A stretch of 63,772 nt of DNA, counting the filler, from Basidioascus undulatus (lineage: Eukaryota), in NCBI GenBank assembly GCA_000826855.1. It is 9 parts of 9 records of this genome, joined end to end, with 100 filler letters (N's around TTAATTAATTAA, not from the genome) between each part and the next. Parts side by side here need not be neighbours in the genome. Positions count along the whole stretch, not along the records: positions 14,355 to 39,959 come from JTLS01000210.1; 8 more parts are not named here. One strand, 5' to 3'. The notes under the pieces were generated by a model. That model was not told where the DNA came from. It was given only the letters and a program-made list of their open reading frames with translations, and searched no databases. A program made the translations under genes and the position numbers. This document shows positions 26,081-39,035 of the stretch, piece after piece. Position 1 is the first letter of the stretch; every line of letters begins with the position of its first letter.

Positions 26081-26408
26081 GAGGCGCACGATGACGAAGC
26101 ACATTGTAATCTACATCTTGAGTAATGAACATTACGAGACATTGTTGAAGCATAGCAAATCGATTTATACTTGACATCAGCGTCGTTTTTGTTGGGCTGT
26201 TTGTTGGGGTGGCGAGCGTCCCGGAAAGCTTCAATGAACACAACCGCACCGCTCCTGTCCTCTCTAGAAGCGACGGACTGACAGCTTGCCGCAGCTCGGC
26301 ACACGGCAGAAGCCACAAGCACAGCAACTGGTATCGGAACAGGTCTGAACCTCATCTATGAATGGTATCGTGATCTCGATTCGCATTCCATGCGCCTGAA
26401 CCCTCGCG

Positions 26409-28034
26409 TTACCACCTCTTCTCATACTCGAGCAGCGCATCCACAGTGTCCTTCACCGTCTCCTTCCACTCCTTAAACTCGATGCCAAGTACGTCTTTCG
26501 CAGGCTGCACATCGATAGCAGCAACGGCGCGCCCGAGCGGCTTGCCGGGCTCGCCCGTCGGGATGCGCGCCTGCCGGTCGGGGTAGGTAGAGCGCAGGAA
26601 GTCGACAGCCTGTGGAAGGAAGCGGCATGAGGACCGATGCGGTGAAGGTGAGGGAGATGGAGAGGGACGCGTACCTCCTGCCAGCCGAATTTACCGCCGC
26701 AGAGCAGGAACCGCTTGTTACCCGCCTCGGGAACTTCAAGCGCGCGGAGGTGCGCCTGAGACAAAGGGTAGAAAATCAGTGCCGCGCTGAGGGTTGAAAC
26801 GGAGATTGGATGCTGGGAGGGGAAGAAGCTTCGGCTGGGCCCACCGTCGCGACATCGCGCACGTCCGCATACAGCGGGAGGCGATCTTGAGGCAGGGGCG
26901 CATCGGTCGTGGCGGAGATGAGCTTGTAAATGTTTGCGGTGGAGGTGTTCAGCGCTGAGGTGGAGGAGACGGGGTGGACGGGCGGGCCTGTGGAGCGGTA
27001 TGTCAGGCTTGTGGGAGGGGAGGGAACAAATGGAGAGGCAAGAGACGGATTGAGGTGCCTACCATAGATCATAGGCGGGCAGAGTGTGACGATCTAAGTG
27101 GTGGGTGTATCAAAACAGGTTAGGGGGGAGCAGAAACGGGGTATGACAAGCGGGACGGCGCACCTCGAACGTCTTCTCCGGGAAATCCCACGCAGCCTGC
27201 TCGGCGAGGACCTTAGAAGCACTGTACACGAATGGCCCAGGCCTACCTGACTCGGTAGCCTGCGCGAAGGTTCTATAGGCGGTCATACGCTCAGCCATCG
27301 GTCAGTACCACTGCTATATGCTCGCAGTCGGTAAAGCGGAAAGAGCACAAGCCACGCACGAGGGGTTGAAGTCCTTGGACGTGTACATGTACTCCCGGTA
27401 CGGCCCACCCTGGAACGGGTCGAGCACGGCCGCGGTGCTGGAGGTGATGACGATGCGCTTGACGGACGGCTCCTTGGACGCGGCGCGCAGGACGGAGAGC
27501 GTGCCCTTGACGGCGGGGTCGAGGATGTCCTGTTTCGCGGGACGGGGACAGAATACTGTTCAGCGAGGGTGAAGGGGCGGAGAATAGGGAGTAGGAGTAG
27601 TTGGGAGCCTCACCTTGACGGGGTCCGTTACGGCGAAGTGGTAGGGAGACGCGCAGTGCGCGATAAGGGTGACGCCTGCCGGTGACATGTCCAATATTTC
27701 AGCATGGTGCCATTCAATGAACGCTTTAAATACAGGCAAAAGCTGACCCTTGACCGCCTCAGTCAAATCAGCCGTGACGAGGTCCTCGACCTATCTCCCG
27801 ACCCGACCCATCTCAGCACTCTGTGGCCGTCTTCGCTTCAACCTCAAGCGAGTGACGTACCACGACGTATTCGACCTTGTTTCCATACTCCTTCTTCAGC
27901 GCTTGACCCTTCTCCTCGCTGCGAACAGTCCCGCGAACGGGGTATCTAGCTTCGACGAGCTGGCGGAGAACGTGTGCCGCGAGATACCCGGACGGGCCCG
28001 TGATGAGAACGAGGGGCTTGGTCGAAGACGACAT
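26409..28034 (-). CDS. NAD(P)-dependent extended SDR (aldehyde reductase II / Gre2 / DFR-like), multi-exon
   Basis: [53 protein letters not shown] catalytic motif; [23 protein letters not shown]. Confidence 0.9.
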
Positions 28035-28897
28035 GATAGTTTCGAAAGATTGGGGTTAGTTATGCACAGCAAACGAAGAAGCAAGATAAGTCTCGATGCG
28101 ATGTTGTGGGAGAAAGTAAAGGGGAAGGTCGAAGGAGGAAGACAGCAAGTGAGGCGAGCTCGTCATCGCCAGCGTTATCTCCGTCCGCCAGCCGAGGCGG
28201 ATGCGGTGGAGGTTGGACCGCCAGCAACAACACTCTGGTCGCAGCGCCTTCACGGAAAGCACAGTGTTCGAGACGATGGTTGTTGAAGACGGAAAAATAA
28301 AATAAAAATAAAAACCCTCCCGTTCGCTAAAAAACCGCAAGCATCGGACGGTAGTACACTGGCATGTTCGGCAGAGAATCCTTGCACAGGAAGGGTCTGC
28401 AATGTCCCATCTGCTGCACCCTGAAAGTGCTAAGTAGAACAAAGGTCTCCGAAAATACTCTCTTATAAACGCTTGACAGACGAACAGGTGCACCGGAGTG
28501 TCGCATTGTGGGGCTGGGACGCGTGGACAGTCCTCTACCGAATGTCAATGGACCGTTGATTCGATGTATTCTGGTCTGCACTTCGGATTAGCTAGGTAAA
28601 TTCTCTGTAAGCCACGTAGCGGTGTGCGTGGGAAGGAAGCGCCCTGGAGAATGTGCAGAATCTCGCATGCACTTAAAACTGACCAACATGTGCTTAGATG
28701 TTCAGGAATTCTGGAAAAATCGAATTACAACAAGTCTGACCGTACGACAGCAGGCTGTGACAGTGCCAGGCGAAATCATGCCGTTGTGCGTGATAATTGT
28801 ATTTTATGGAACTCGTGCTCTACTCTCACACCTTGCACGTACAAAATGACTCATTATAGAGAGTCCGACGTTAGGCAGCCGGTCGAAGACCGCACGA

Positions 28898-31536
28898 CTA
28901 CAGACCCCAGGCGATGCCGAGGAAGAAGATCCACCCGAGGACGAGCGACGCAATTGCGGCGCCGACGATGACCCAGGCTGCGAAACGCGACCGGTTGGAC
29001 GTCTTCAGGATGCGCTCCTTGTGAGCGACATCGAGGTCGATGCGCAGCTCCTCGTCGAACGGGTCCCCGGGGTCGAGAACCGCCGCTGGCGTCTCCGCGT
29101 CGTTCTTCTCGTCTGGAAGAAGAAAACGAGGAATGATGTGAGAATAAGGCTCCTAAAAACGGTTGAAATTAATAGAATGTGTACCGGAGTCAGACCGCTG
29201 GTCGTCTACGCCAGCGGTAGGCGGTTGCGGGAGCTCGTCGGTCCCGTACACCTCAAAGTACAGCGTTTTGACCGCGTCGGCGTTTCTTGCACGGCGCAAC
29301 CTCGAGGAGGCGCGAGGTGCTCCAGCCCCTCCAGAAGCCGAAGGTGAGACGGGGATACGCCGCGACCTGTGAGAAGTTGTCCAAGGCAGGACACAAAGTC
29401 AGCTGCGAAAATCCAGAAGCGAGGCGAGGGCTGTTGTTTGTTTGGGAAACGTAAATAAACAGTGAGACTCACGACCCATGAGAAGGTGATGAACGACATC
29501 AGGAAGATAAGTACGTCGTCGTCTGATTATGGTCTTCTTGCTCAGTCAATGTGTTGTTCTCCGCTTGTCGTTGATACTGACTATCAACGACTTACACTCG
29601 CCGCCCCGGTTATCCTGAAGACGTCCGGAAGAGTTGTCGACGATGAGGATCCCAGCAGTAGTGATGGTTCGTCTCAGACTGATACTCGTCAAATGTAAAT
29701 CTCATCTTCGCAGGGGAAAGACCATCGCTCACGTACGCATTCGCGGTGGTATAGTAGCGCGGCTCGGGGATGGACATGCGCATCATGTTCTGGAAGACGA
29801 GCGTCGAGACATCCGCGACGGATTTTATGCCGTACGCCGCGTAGAACGCTATCTTCTGGTCAGAAATTGCGAGAAGCAAGAATCAAATCCACGACAACGT
29901 GTTCTTGCGGGTGATCCACTCGAGCAGCTTCGTGACAGATTATCTAGGCTTACAGGCGGAAGAACAAGGAGATGCGCTGCCCGAAGTAGTTCAGGTACAG
30001 GCCGAGGAGCGGATTGCATACGATGCTGAGGACGGGCAGAAATCAGCAACGGGCATCTTTCGTGCGTGCGGGGTGGGAATTGAAAAGCACGCACGGAAGA
30101 TGAGGACAAGCGACGAAATCCACCCGGCGTTGACGCGGCTCACGTCCAATTACTTTTGTGCCCGTTCCGTAGAAATAGTCCCAAAGCTCTTGTCGGGGCT
30201 ACTGAGAAGAACACGAATGCCAGGAGAATGATATATGTTTCGTTGAGGGCACGGATAGCCCCAAAGTTGACCATGTCGCTTTCGGCCTTGCCCTGCGTTA
30301 AGACGGGTGAGTGCCAGAGGACCTGCCGTCAAGCGGCGCCCAATGTTGAACTACGTACCGTGTCTTCTTTCCAGCAGACCAGTCGATCCGGTCGAACTTC
30401 CGGCTGAGATACTGGTCGTAGTGATAGAGACAGATGGACGCAGCAAGGGACACGAAGCCGCTGAAGTGTGACACGAGCTGTGAGTGCTTGCGGTGGGCTA
30501 TCTCGATTGCTCCACTCACATGATAGCCGAGATCCAGAGACTCCAGCCCCACCATCCTGTGTTCTGGGAGATTATCTAAGATGCACGAAAGAGTCAGCAC
30601 AAAGGCCGGAAGTCGGACAAGGTGGACTGTGGATCAAGCTCACGTTCGCGGTGCTGCTCCCAGTGAAATCACCCAACGATCCGATAGAGTTCAAGACACC
30701 GACGGCGAAAATGAAACTGGTCCAAGACAGTAGTCAGTTGCTGCACTCATCGTCGTATGCCAACCGCCTCTTGCCCTTGACCGCGGGCGAACTAGGTCAC
30801 AAGAATGCAAGACAGGGCAAGAGGGAATGTATTCGAGCAATGCCAGCAATAACGTTTCAAATTACAAGAAGAGTGAAGCTGTTGAACCCCTTCGTTACGG
30901 AAGCTGCTGTTCGGAGGACGGAATGCGGGTTCTCAGTCGATGAGATGTAGGACCGACAAACGGAGCACTCAGCCGCCTGCATGATCATACCGAGCAGTTG
31001 AACACCGCCGAGGATGGGCGTGAAGTTATCCCGCCCCCTTTGTCGACGGCGACACCTAAAACGACACCAATTACTGAGGAAGCAGAGTGTATTGTCGTAG
31101 CATTGAGCTGCTGTGGCCATGTCGCGTGCATCCACCACCGAGCGCAGGGAGGAACGGGGCTTACTGGTGTTAGCCATTGAAGACGACAAGGTAGCGAAGC
31201 GAGCGTTGTTGATTCCCTTAGTCATTCAATGATCAGACATGCAGAAAAGAGCCCGCCAGACGCGAACGCTCCATCTCATCCTTGATGGTAGACGTAGAGG
31301 ATGCCGTGCGCCCAGTCGTGAGTGTCTGTCCCAGTCAGGGACGGGCAACGGCGAGCTTATGCTTCGAAAAATCAAGACAGGAACTCACAGCTGATCAGGC
31401 AGACGAAGGCCACGAGGATGATCTTGTGTGCCAGAGGCAGCGGCGCCTGGGACGCAGTGGTGGGCGACGTCTGGCTCATCCTCAGCAGGGACGAGGATCG
31501 GGCGGGAAGTGAACGGGGAGGAGAGGCAAAGACCAT
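28898..31536 (-). pseudogene. Decayed MFS transporter (fungal MFSD1-like)
   Basis: TM fragments KIILVAFVCLIS, STIKDEM..GINNARFATL, VLSIVCNPLLGLYLNYFGQRISL, IAFYAAYGIKS, GILIVDNSSGRLQD and AWVIVGAAIASLVLGWIFFLG. Frame changes are needed at ~31290 and ~29280 where I see no splice sites. Confidence 0.6.
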
Positions 31537-31789
31537 AGTGAAGAGGAAATGTCTTCTCTTTCAAGTCTTTATACGGCGTCAGCGCAGGGTCAGCTCACAT
31601 TCGGCCCGCTCTTACGCCGGGTTATCTCGCAGATAAGATGGAGAGGGGTGATTATCTGATTGTATATTATCACATGTGCCTTCTATGCCTTGGCACGCGG
31701 GTCAATGCACCCACAAGCAGCCACCGGGTGGGTTCGGTCAGTGTCGTCGTTGCGGGCTTCCAACGCGTTGCGTTGCGCCTATACGCGCC

Positions 31790-33330
31790 AATAAGCGCGC
31801 GGTACGCGAAAATTTTGTCTCGACTGAACAGTCGCACGCGAAATGAGGCAGCTTGGCTTAAAGGCATTCACTCCATCTGAAAGTGCGTCATATGGACAAA
31901 AATTAAGAAGAACAGCCCTCCAGGTTGCCTCATCGACCGCGTTAATCCGCCATTGAGGATACTGATCGTCGAGCTGCAAACCTGGAGTTATTCAGTCAGG
32001 TTCTGCATCTCGCTGAGCAGACTGTGTTCCGCTTTTCTATTGGGAGTAAAGATAGAGCTGCAGAACACAGGCGTTCTTGGCTGTCTTTGTAAAGGAAGCA
32101 CTGGTAGACCGAGAGGCAGCCTGTATGAACACGGGGACTGTAGACTGTAGCGGAACCCGCGCTTTTCGCTTTGGCTGATCAACTTCGCAAGAGTTTGAGC
32201 TAAGATTTCAAGAAATATGTGTATTTTGAGAAGGACAGTGCCAAAGCCGCGTTCAATAGGTCAGGCGTTTTCCATTGCAAGTCGCAAGATGTAAAAATCT
32301 GGCGAGAGCAGTCCTTCTGTAGGTCTATGAGACGACCATGATGGTACAGGTAGTCCAAATCTCACCCCTCGGACTATGCGTCCAGCAATATGATGGCCAC
32401 ACAGGTGCAGATGATTAGGTGTGATGCACGTTGAATATGCACATTGCCTCAGCCGCGACCTAGAAACCATGCAACACGTTCCTGGGTCTCCTTCAGGATA
32501 GAACATCTGGCTCTTTTCCGGAGAGTATGAGCTGCTCGGTCGAGCTCATCAGAATCCAGCGCACGAGCGTACCTGGCTCATTCCGGTCCGCTACTCTCGC
32601 CTCGACTGCCGCGGGCTGACGCACCCACTGGCCCTGTTCCCAGCTCTTGGGCACGTCTGAAAGAAGTAAATCAAATCCCTTCGGATAGAATGCCTCAGAA
32701 AGATCGGGCTTGACGTCCGGGAATTCCTTGTTCAGAGGACGCGCGGTATAGAGATACGGGCGTGAGGGGAGTCGAGTGAAATTTTTGGGTTTTTTTTTCG
32801 TGCAAGAAAGATAGTGAACCTGAGGGGACACGCAGCAACGCGACAAAGCTGTCGATCAACACTTTGGTCTCGCTCGCGCCGAAAGGTTTGACTTCGTCAT
32901 CATGACACAGAACACGCCGGGGTATGAAGGTAAGAGGGAATACTACAGATGGAAATAGTTGAATTGCTTCTGTTCCCCCTTTGTTGGGCACTCTTCATTC
33001 GCAAATGGCTTTTGGGATGCTATGGGACGTGCAATGGACACGAGCCGGAACTCGGCCAGAAAAGACGAAAGCTCGGATGATAACTTGGAAGACCTGCCGG
33101 GAGAAACTCGTCTACATGGATCGTTTGGCAAGTCTACGCAGTGCTCGATGTTCCTCATGCGATAATCGAGCGCCGTTAATTCCCGGTATCGAGCCTTCAG
33201 CACAATCGACCCAGCTGGAGGTTCAAATATGAACATTGTCTCCACCCCTCCGCCACTGTGCGGAAAGGCAATTGCTATATATTCAAGGGAGAATCTTCCA
33301 TTTGCTTGTCCGTTTTCACTCGACATTTTC
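31790..33330 (-). other. Fragmented coding-like sequence of unknown identity
   Basis: Several abutting minus-strand ORFs (32943-33449, 32695-32991, 32493-32846, 31779-31979) broken by stops; no motif recognised. Confidence 0.3.
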
Positions 33331-33495
33331 GATGTGTTTGGTCCGCAAGATGCATTTCCCCCCCGACGTTGCTTTTCCCCGTACGCTCTGCTCCAGCTGC
33401 AGCCTGCTACAAATTGACATACCATCGGCCGTTTGTAGCAACCGATCACTTAGACCACTCAACCCACTGTACATATCGCGCCTTAAGAGTTTAAT

Positions 33496-35055
33496 TTATT
33501 CTACAGACATGAGGAGAAAACGCACGAGGGGCAGGTTGCGAGAGCTGGCGCCGACTTGGATGGTCAAAACGCCGTCGGGAATGCGCCACAGCTGATCCTC
33601 GACCGACCAGACCTGCACAAGAAAGTGAGGATCAAATCAGTTGAGACGTTAGTTTTCCAATGCATTGCGAACACGCACACTCAAGTCCTTACGCCGGAGG
33701 TCAAAGGTCACCACTGAGCTCTCGCCTGGAGTCAGGCTTGCCGTCTTTGAGAGGCCCCGGAGTACCTGGGGGTGCTGTCCCTCTTCAGGTATCGAAGCGT
33801 ACTGAAATTTTCAAAGTATGAGCTGGGCCACCTCGCGCCCGGCGACATCGCCCGATTTGGTGATTGTCGCAGAGATCGCGACCACGTCATAGAGCGAGTT
33901 GTGACCGTCGTAAGTCCTGGAACGGCGCGGCGGTGTCCTGGATGGCAAACCCGTCGGGCTTGAACGTCGACTCGATCGAGATTTTGGAGTAGTCGAAGGT
34001 AGTGTATGACAAGCCGAACCCAAACTCTTCCGACACATTTCTAATCAGACTTGTCTTTCAAGGTTAAAATGTCCAAACATCATCAAGTGGACGTACCGTA
34101 GCGAGGGGTGAAAGAGTCAGACCAATGTCAGACGGAACCACATACAGAGAAAAACAAATATGCTCAATCTTTGCGCACCTCGTTCAGAATGTAATGCTTC
34201 GAGCAGGTCGCAACACCGGCATCTTGCAGCCCTTTAACGGTGTGCCGGCTCATTTCGGCAGTGCCGTATGAGCCGGGATATCCATTTTCCCCTATGCGTC
34301 CACCACTGTGTCACAAAAATTAGGTTCGAATTCTTTCAAAAAGAGCTGCCATAACGTACAGCGGAGACCGGCCAAGTCCGCCACCCGTCACAGCCGTCAG
34401 CGCGATGTCCACGCCCTACAGTGGAAAATCAGTTTATGAGCGCGAACAGGCTGAAATCAATGAAAAACCGACCTTGGCCTTGAACTCTTTGCCCAATGCG
34501 GATGGCCGCTCGTACACGAGCTCTCTGTCCCATGTGGCTGCTGTCGTCAAGCTTGGAGGGAACTACTATAAAGCTTCCCTTCGTTAGTGCACCCTCCATT
34601 CGCGGGCATTGAAAAGAGAGCACGTACACTCCAACTCCGGGACTGACTCCCATTGGTCCGTCCAACAAGCACAAGCTTGGAACTCCCAGTCGCTCGACGG
34701 CCCCGGTGTTGCAATACAGCGACCGGGCTGGCCGGTAACGACGAATGCTTTCTCACTCGAGGGTCATCTGCGAGGCGAGATCGTACGCACGACCACGGGC
34801 CTCACTCTGCCCATGCTGTTCCGCCGGTCGCGAAAGCTTCATCCGATAGATCAGTCAGAATGAACAGTAACAGTTCTCAGAAAACTGAGAGTTTGAAAGC
34901 TTACGAGCCGGATAGAGGCCGTCACCGTTCGTCGTGTCATTGTCCGTGGTCGCGAGCAGCGCACGACGCGGAAAGTCAGAAGGGTCTCCGAGGAGCGGCG
35001 ATGCCGAGACAAAGAGCCCCAAAGTGGCAACAAGGAGAGGTCTTAGAGTAATCAT
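33496..35055 (-). pseudogene. GH3 beta-glucosidase pseudogene with large internal deletion
   Basis: Signal peptide MITLRPLLVATLGLFVSA; frameshifted LASQMTLE/EKAFVVTG..C..NTGAVERLGVPSLCLLDGPMGV; TAATWDRELVYER..GKEFKAKG; LGRSPL; VKGLQDAGVATCSKHYILNE; then almost immediately TPRYEFGFGLSYTTFDY and an Fn3-like tail (AGREVAQL, FDLRRKDLSVW, VGASSRNLPL). Confidence 0.85.
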
Positions 35056-36459
35056 GTCGGTTTCGCTATTCTGTGAAGCAGAAAGAACGTCGGTGGGCGC
35101 TAACCCAAGAGAAACCTGTTTTTGGAGGCCGCCAGATTTCGAATTTAATGGTTCTGCCTTCTATTTTCAAAAAGGATAGACAATTTCTGCTTTTCAGAGC
35201 GAAGACCGCTGCGTACCCCTCAGCAGCGCTCTGAAGCTCGCACCGAGCACCGCAGAACTGCGACCTCGCCCTTCCACCAGTCTCCGTCGGTGTTCTCTCC
35301 ATTGCCACAGCGGCAGTTTGCCCACGGTGCCCAATTGCACGGATAGCCAACTCTAATCCATGCGCCGGAACTCGAAGAAGACCGGGCGAACTAGGACGCT
35401 CAGGCACTTACGCCTGCGAAGGGCCGCAACGAGGCTGTCGGGCGCGCGGACAAAGATCAGTAGCGGGGCACATCCCTGCAGGCGGAAGCGGGAGCAAAGA
35501 GTGAGGGACGAGGTTTCGAGGGACGAGGCTGAGGTGGTCTCGTTTGAGCGGTTCGAGGAGATGCAGATGGCTAAGACGGACGAGGTCCACGCGTGGCTCG
35601 TCTATATACATCGTCAACTCATGGTTCAAAATACCATGCGTGGGTGGCCAGTTGAATGTGAGTAGCACAGTGCGCGAGTGAAAGACGGAAAGAGATAATG
35701 GAGAGGGCCATGTCGCATGTCAACGGCCTTTGCGCGCCCGACCGCCTCGAGATCCCGGGAGAGGCCGTGGATGATAGACAGTGTGTTGTAGTCTACGCGC
35801 CAGGGGCTGAAGAGCCAGTCGGACGGGAAGGGTGTGGGCGCCATGATGGGCACGTGTGAGTGAGTGCGAAGTGAATTTGCGACTAGCGAAGCATGACCGC
35901 TGCTGAAGCACGGTCCATGAGGCCGAGGTGTTGCGAGACCGGCGCCACGTGGTAAAGCTAGGATCTCTGGAAGATGCATCAACCAGCCAACTGAATTGAA
36001 ACACCAAACACCATCCCAAACAAACGAGCTTGTGCGGTGCACACTCACGAGGTGGGCCTACGATCGTGCCCGCCCTTTGATCGAAACCCTCCAGCGATCA
36101 CATTCCCAATACATGCAAATGTCTCGATGGAAGGACCACCTTCGAAGGTTAGTGGTCGCGATAGATGATGAGTGCGAGCGTCGTGAGCGCGAATTGGCAA
36201 GGGACGCGACTTGATGGCGACGGCGACGGACACTTGGTCTCAGCAGACGCGAGCACGTTTGCGTTTCTTTTTCTCCACCGCGCGTCGCAACTCCACCTGG
36301 ACAGCCTCGATCGTCACCCTTTCGCTCGCAGTCCTCCTCTCAGAGTCCTCCCATTCCACCCATCTCACGACCATATACCACCCATACACCTTCACTTTCC
36401 CTCTCAAACCATCCCAGCACAGCCTCGATACCCCAATCAACTGCTGGCTGCAAGCAACC

Positions 36460-36808
36460 ATGCACCCGCGCCACCTGCACCTCCGCCCGCCTCTGTCGCC
36501 CGCCCGCTCGGGCTGGTACACGACCCTCTCCTACACGGCGGGCATCCTGCTCTTCACCGTATTCTTTCTAATGGTCATCTGGGGGGCGTTCTTGCTGGCT
36601 CGTGCGTCCCCCTCCTCCCTGTGCCGCTCGCCGAACTGATTGGGGGGCGTGCTGTGCAGCGTACGAGTATTACTATCCTGAACGGCATGTCACTGCGGGG
36701 GTATGTCTGATCGTCTTTGGGGTGCTGGGGCCCGCGGTGATTGGGCTGGGCGCGGCGTGTTGTTGGGATTATCAGTTACTTGGGTTCTTGGACGATGAAG
36801 TGATTTGA
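36460..36808 (+). CDS. Small 2-exon, 2-TM membrane protein (~95 aa), no family recognised
   Basis: One GTGCGT..CTGAT..TGCAG intron (~36602-36659) joins MHPRHLHLRPPL..AGILLFTVFFLMVIWGAFLLA to PYEYYYPERHVTAGVCLIVFGVLGPAVIGLGAACCWDY..DDEVI* in frame. Confidence 0.55.
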
Positions 36809-37422
36809 ATGATAAAGCGGACGTGCAGATGGTTGTGAGGAGCAATGGTGTGCTGCGAGTGGAAGGTCAAGTGAGTCGTTGCGTAGATGATTCGGACTTC
36901 TGCAACTCAGAATAGTTCGTAAATTGCAAAGCGGTTTACTAGGAAAGTGAACCAGACTACGTGCGGCAGCAGCGGCTGCGAGTGGTTGGGCACCGCGGCA
37001 GCGGCCCTTCAACTGCATCAGCTCGGAAGAGGAGGTTCTGCTGGTCTCTTTATGTAAGAAAACTTAACATCGGCTATTTTACCTTGTCTATACAGGACAT
37101 GGACGCTTGTGCAGTTAAGCGGCTTGCGTGCTGGCGCACCTTGCGGCTTGTTGAAGGCGACTGCTCAACGCTCTTACGTCTCTTGCTTTACACACCACAA
37201 CCTCGAGCTTTGTCTTGAGCAATGCTTCCCTGAGTATACTACACACACATGCCACCGGCCCTACGTGTGGAGGAAACTGAAACATACTTGCGCAGCGATG
37301 AAGACCTTGAGCACCACTGAAGGAACCACCATCGACTTCTTTACAATTCCGCCCCTCCCTTGAGAAGCCTCGAGAGCCTTCTGTTCGCCTCCTTCATAGA
37401 GCGGAGCAACTCCCCCGCGGCC

Positions 37423-37692
37423 TCATAGTCCCACTCTCCGCCCCGCATGATTTCCCTGTGCTCCTCCCTCACCGCAATTGTACTCGGGGGATGGCATCAG
37501 GGTTGTCGATGAAGGCTGTATGGGAGATTCGCTTTGTGGTGTTTTGAGAATGCTGGGCTTTGGAGGACCTTGGGACGGTACCTCTTGGTCTTGGTGATCG
37601 GAGAACCGCACGCGCTTGAAGGGCCGGGGAGGGGACGGGGTGCTGCTGGATGAGGGAGACAGCTGAGGCAGTGGACGATGTCTGTTGGGCAT
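37423..37692 (-). CDS. Short disordered ORF with KRVRF and SILK motifs (possibly a frameshifted remnant)
   Basis: MPNRHRPLPQLSPSSSSTPSPPRPFKRVRFSDHQDQEVPSQGPPKPSILKTP... Confidence 0.35.
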   Translation of the reverse strand: MPNRHRPLPQLSPSSSSTPSPPRPFKRVRFSDHQDQEVPSQGPPKPSILKTPQSESPIQPSSTTLMPSPEYNCGEGGAQGNHAGRRVGL

Positions 37693-39035
37693 TTTGTGTG
37701 AGCAGATTGAGTTCTTCTAAAAACATAAGAGGAAAGAAAGGAAAAAACATGCGACTTACATACGTTCCTTAGCATTCAAAACCCTGACCTTATCCCAGTC
37801 TAGGAAACAGTCTCGACTTGGCATAAAAGAACGCCGTCTCGGACACGGCGAAGCGCTGCATTGCTGACGCCCGGTCGCCGGTCACTAGTTCTGCCGTTGG
37901 GCGGGCCATGGCAAAGTTTTCTAGGGTAATAAACCACGAACAACTTTTGGCAGTGATGTACCATGTTTTGTTCCAGTCGGCGCGCTCTATGAGACGAGGA
38001 GGGCCTTGTACCGCCGGGGTATGGTGGACCGCAGGAGATGGCAGCGGAAGCTGCACCGGGCGGATGAGCGGATGTACATGTCTACTTTGGGGTAAATGGG
38101 ACGGACACGGGGATGGTGGTGTCGGAACAGGCTTCGAGCAGCCGCGCGGGCTGAACTCGTCTGGGATGTCGGAGAATAGTAGGGTGGAGTACCAGGGGAT
38201 TGTGGACGCGTCGAGGCGATCGGGGAGAATCTGAGGGGAGGACAAAGGCTGGGAGAAGGAGGAAGTAGGTGGATGGAGTGGGGCGTGAGGTGGAGATGGT
38301 AGTGGTGGAGGGTGAAAGAGAGAGCTTGGGGAGTGCTTTAAGGGGACGAACGAGAATGGCACTGTACCTGCTGTGCACAAACATGGAACGGGACGCTGGC
38401 ACAAACAGCAAACGATGGTCAGCTGATACAGTTTGCAAGGGAGAGAAGCACAAACACAGAGTCGTTCAGGGCGGTCCCTCGACTGCATATCGTTCTGCGG
38501 AAGGGTCGGACAGTCATTGGACTGCGTGACTGTGGATGTCCCAGCGTTGCGCGTTTTGTCCAGAGCAGTATCTTTGGTTATCTACACCAATGTTCTCAGC
38601 TCAACGATACGAGCGACGACCCAGGTATCTTATTGAAGCTGAATTCGAACATGCAGGCTGGCAGAACATGCAGCGGACTCGACAGCTGTCGAGCGAGGAA
38701 CACTACCGACTGCCAGTCACTCTGCCATGAGGCATTAAACGTGATACGGATCTCAGTGACGTGTCTCCCAAATGCTTCTATCTGCCTGGTAGGGAAGACA
38801 GACAGTGTGCATAGCAAGGAGAGGAAGACTTGAAAGGATCGACAGCGCCGGTTGAAGGTGTTTCCAGGCAGCCGGAAATGACGCAGGCGCCGTGAACGCG
38901 CCGTTCTCCCGCAGACCTGCTCCTTCGCCCCTCGAAACCCATCTTCTCCTCCAACGACCATCTTGTCTCCCGTCGCGCCTACTGACCGCCCATCGTCTTC
39001 GATCAAACCTCGCTCCTCCCCCCCTTACTCACGCG

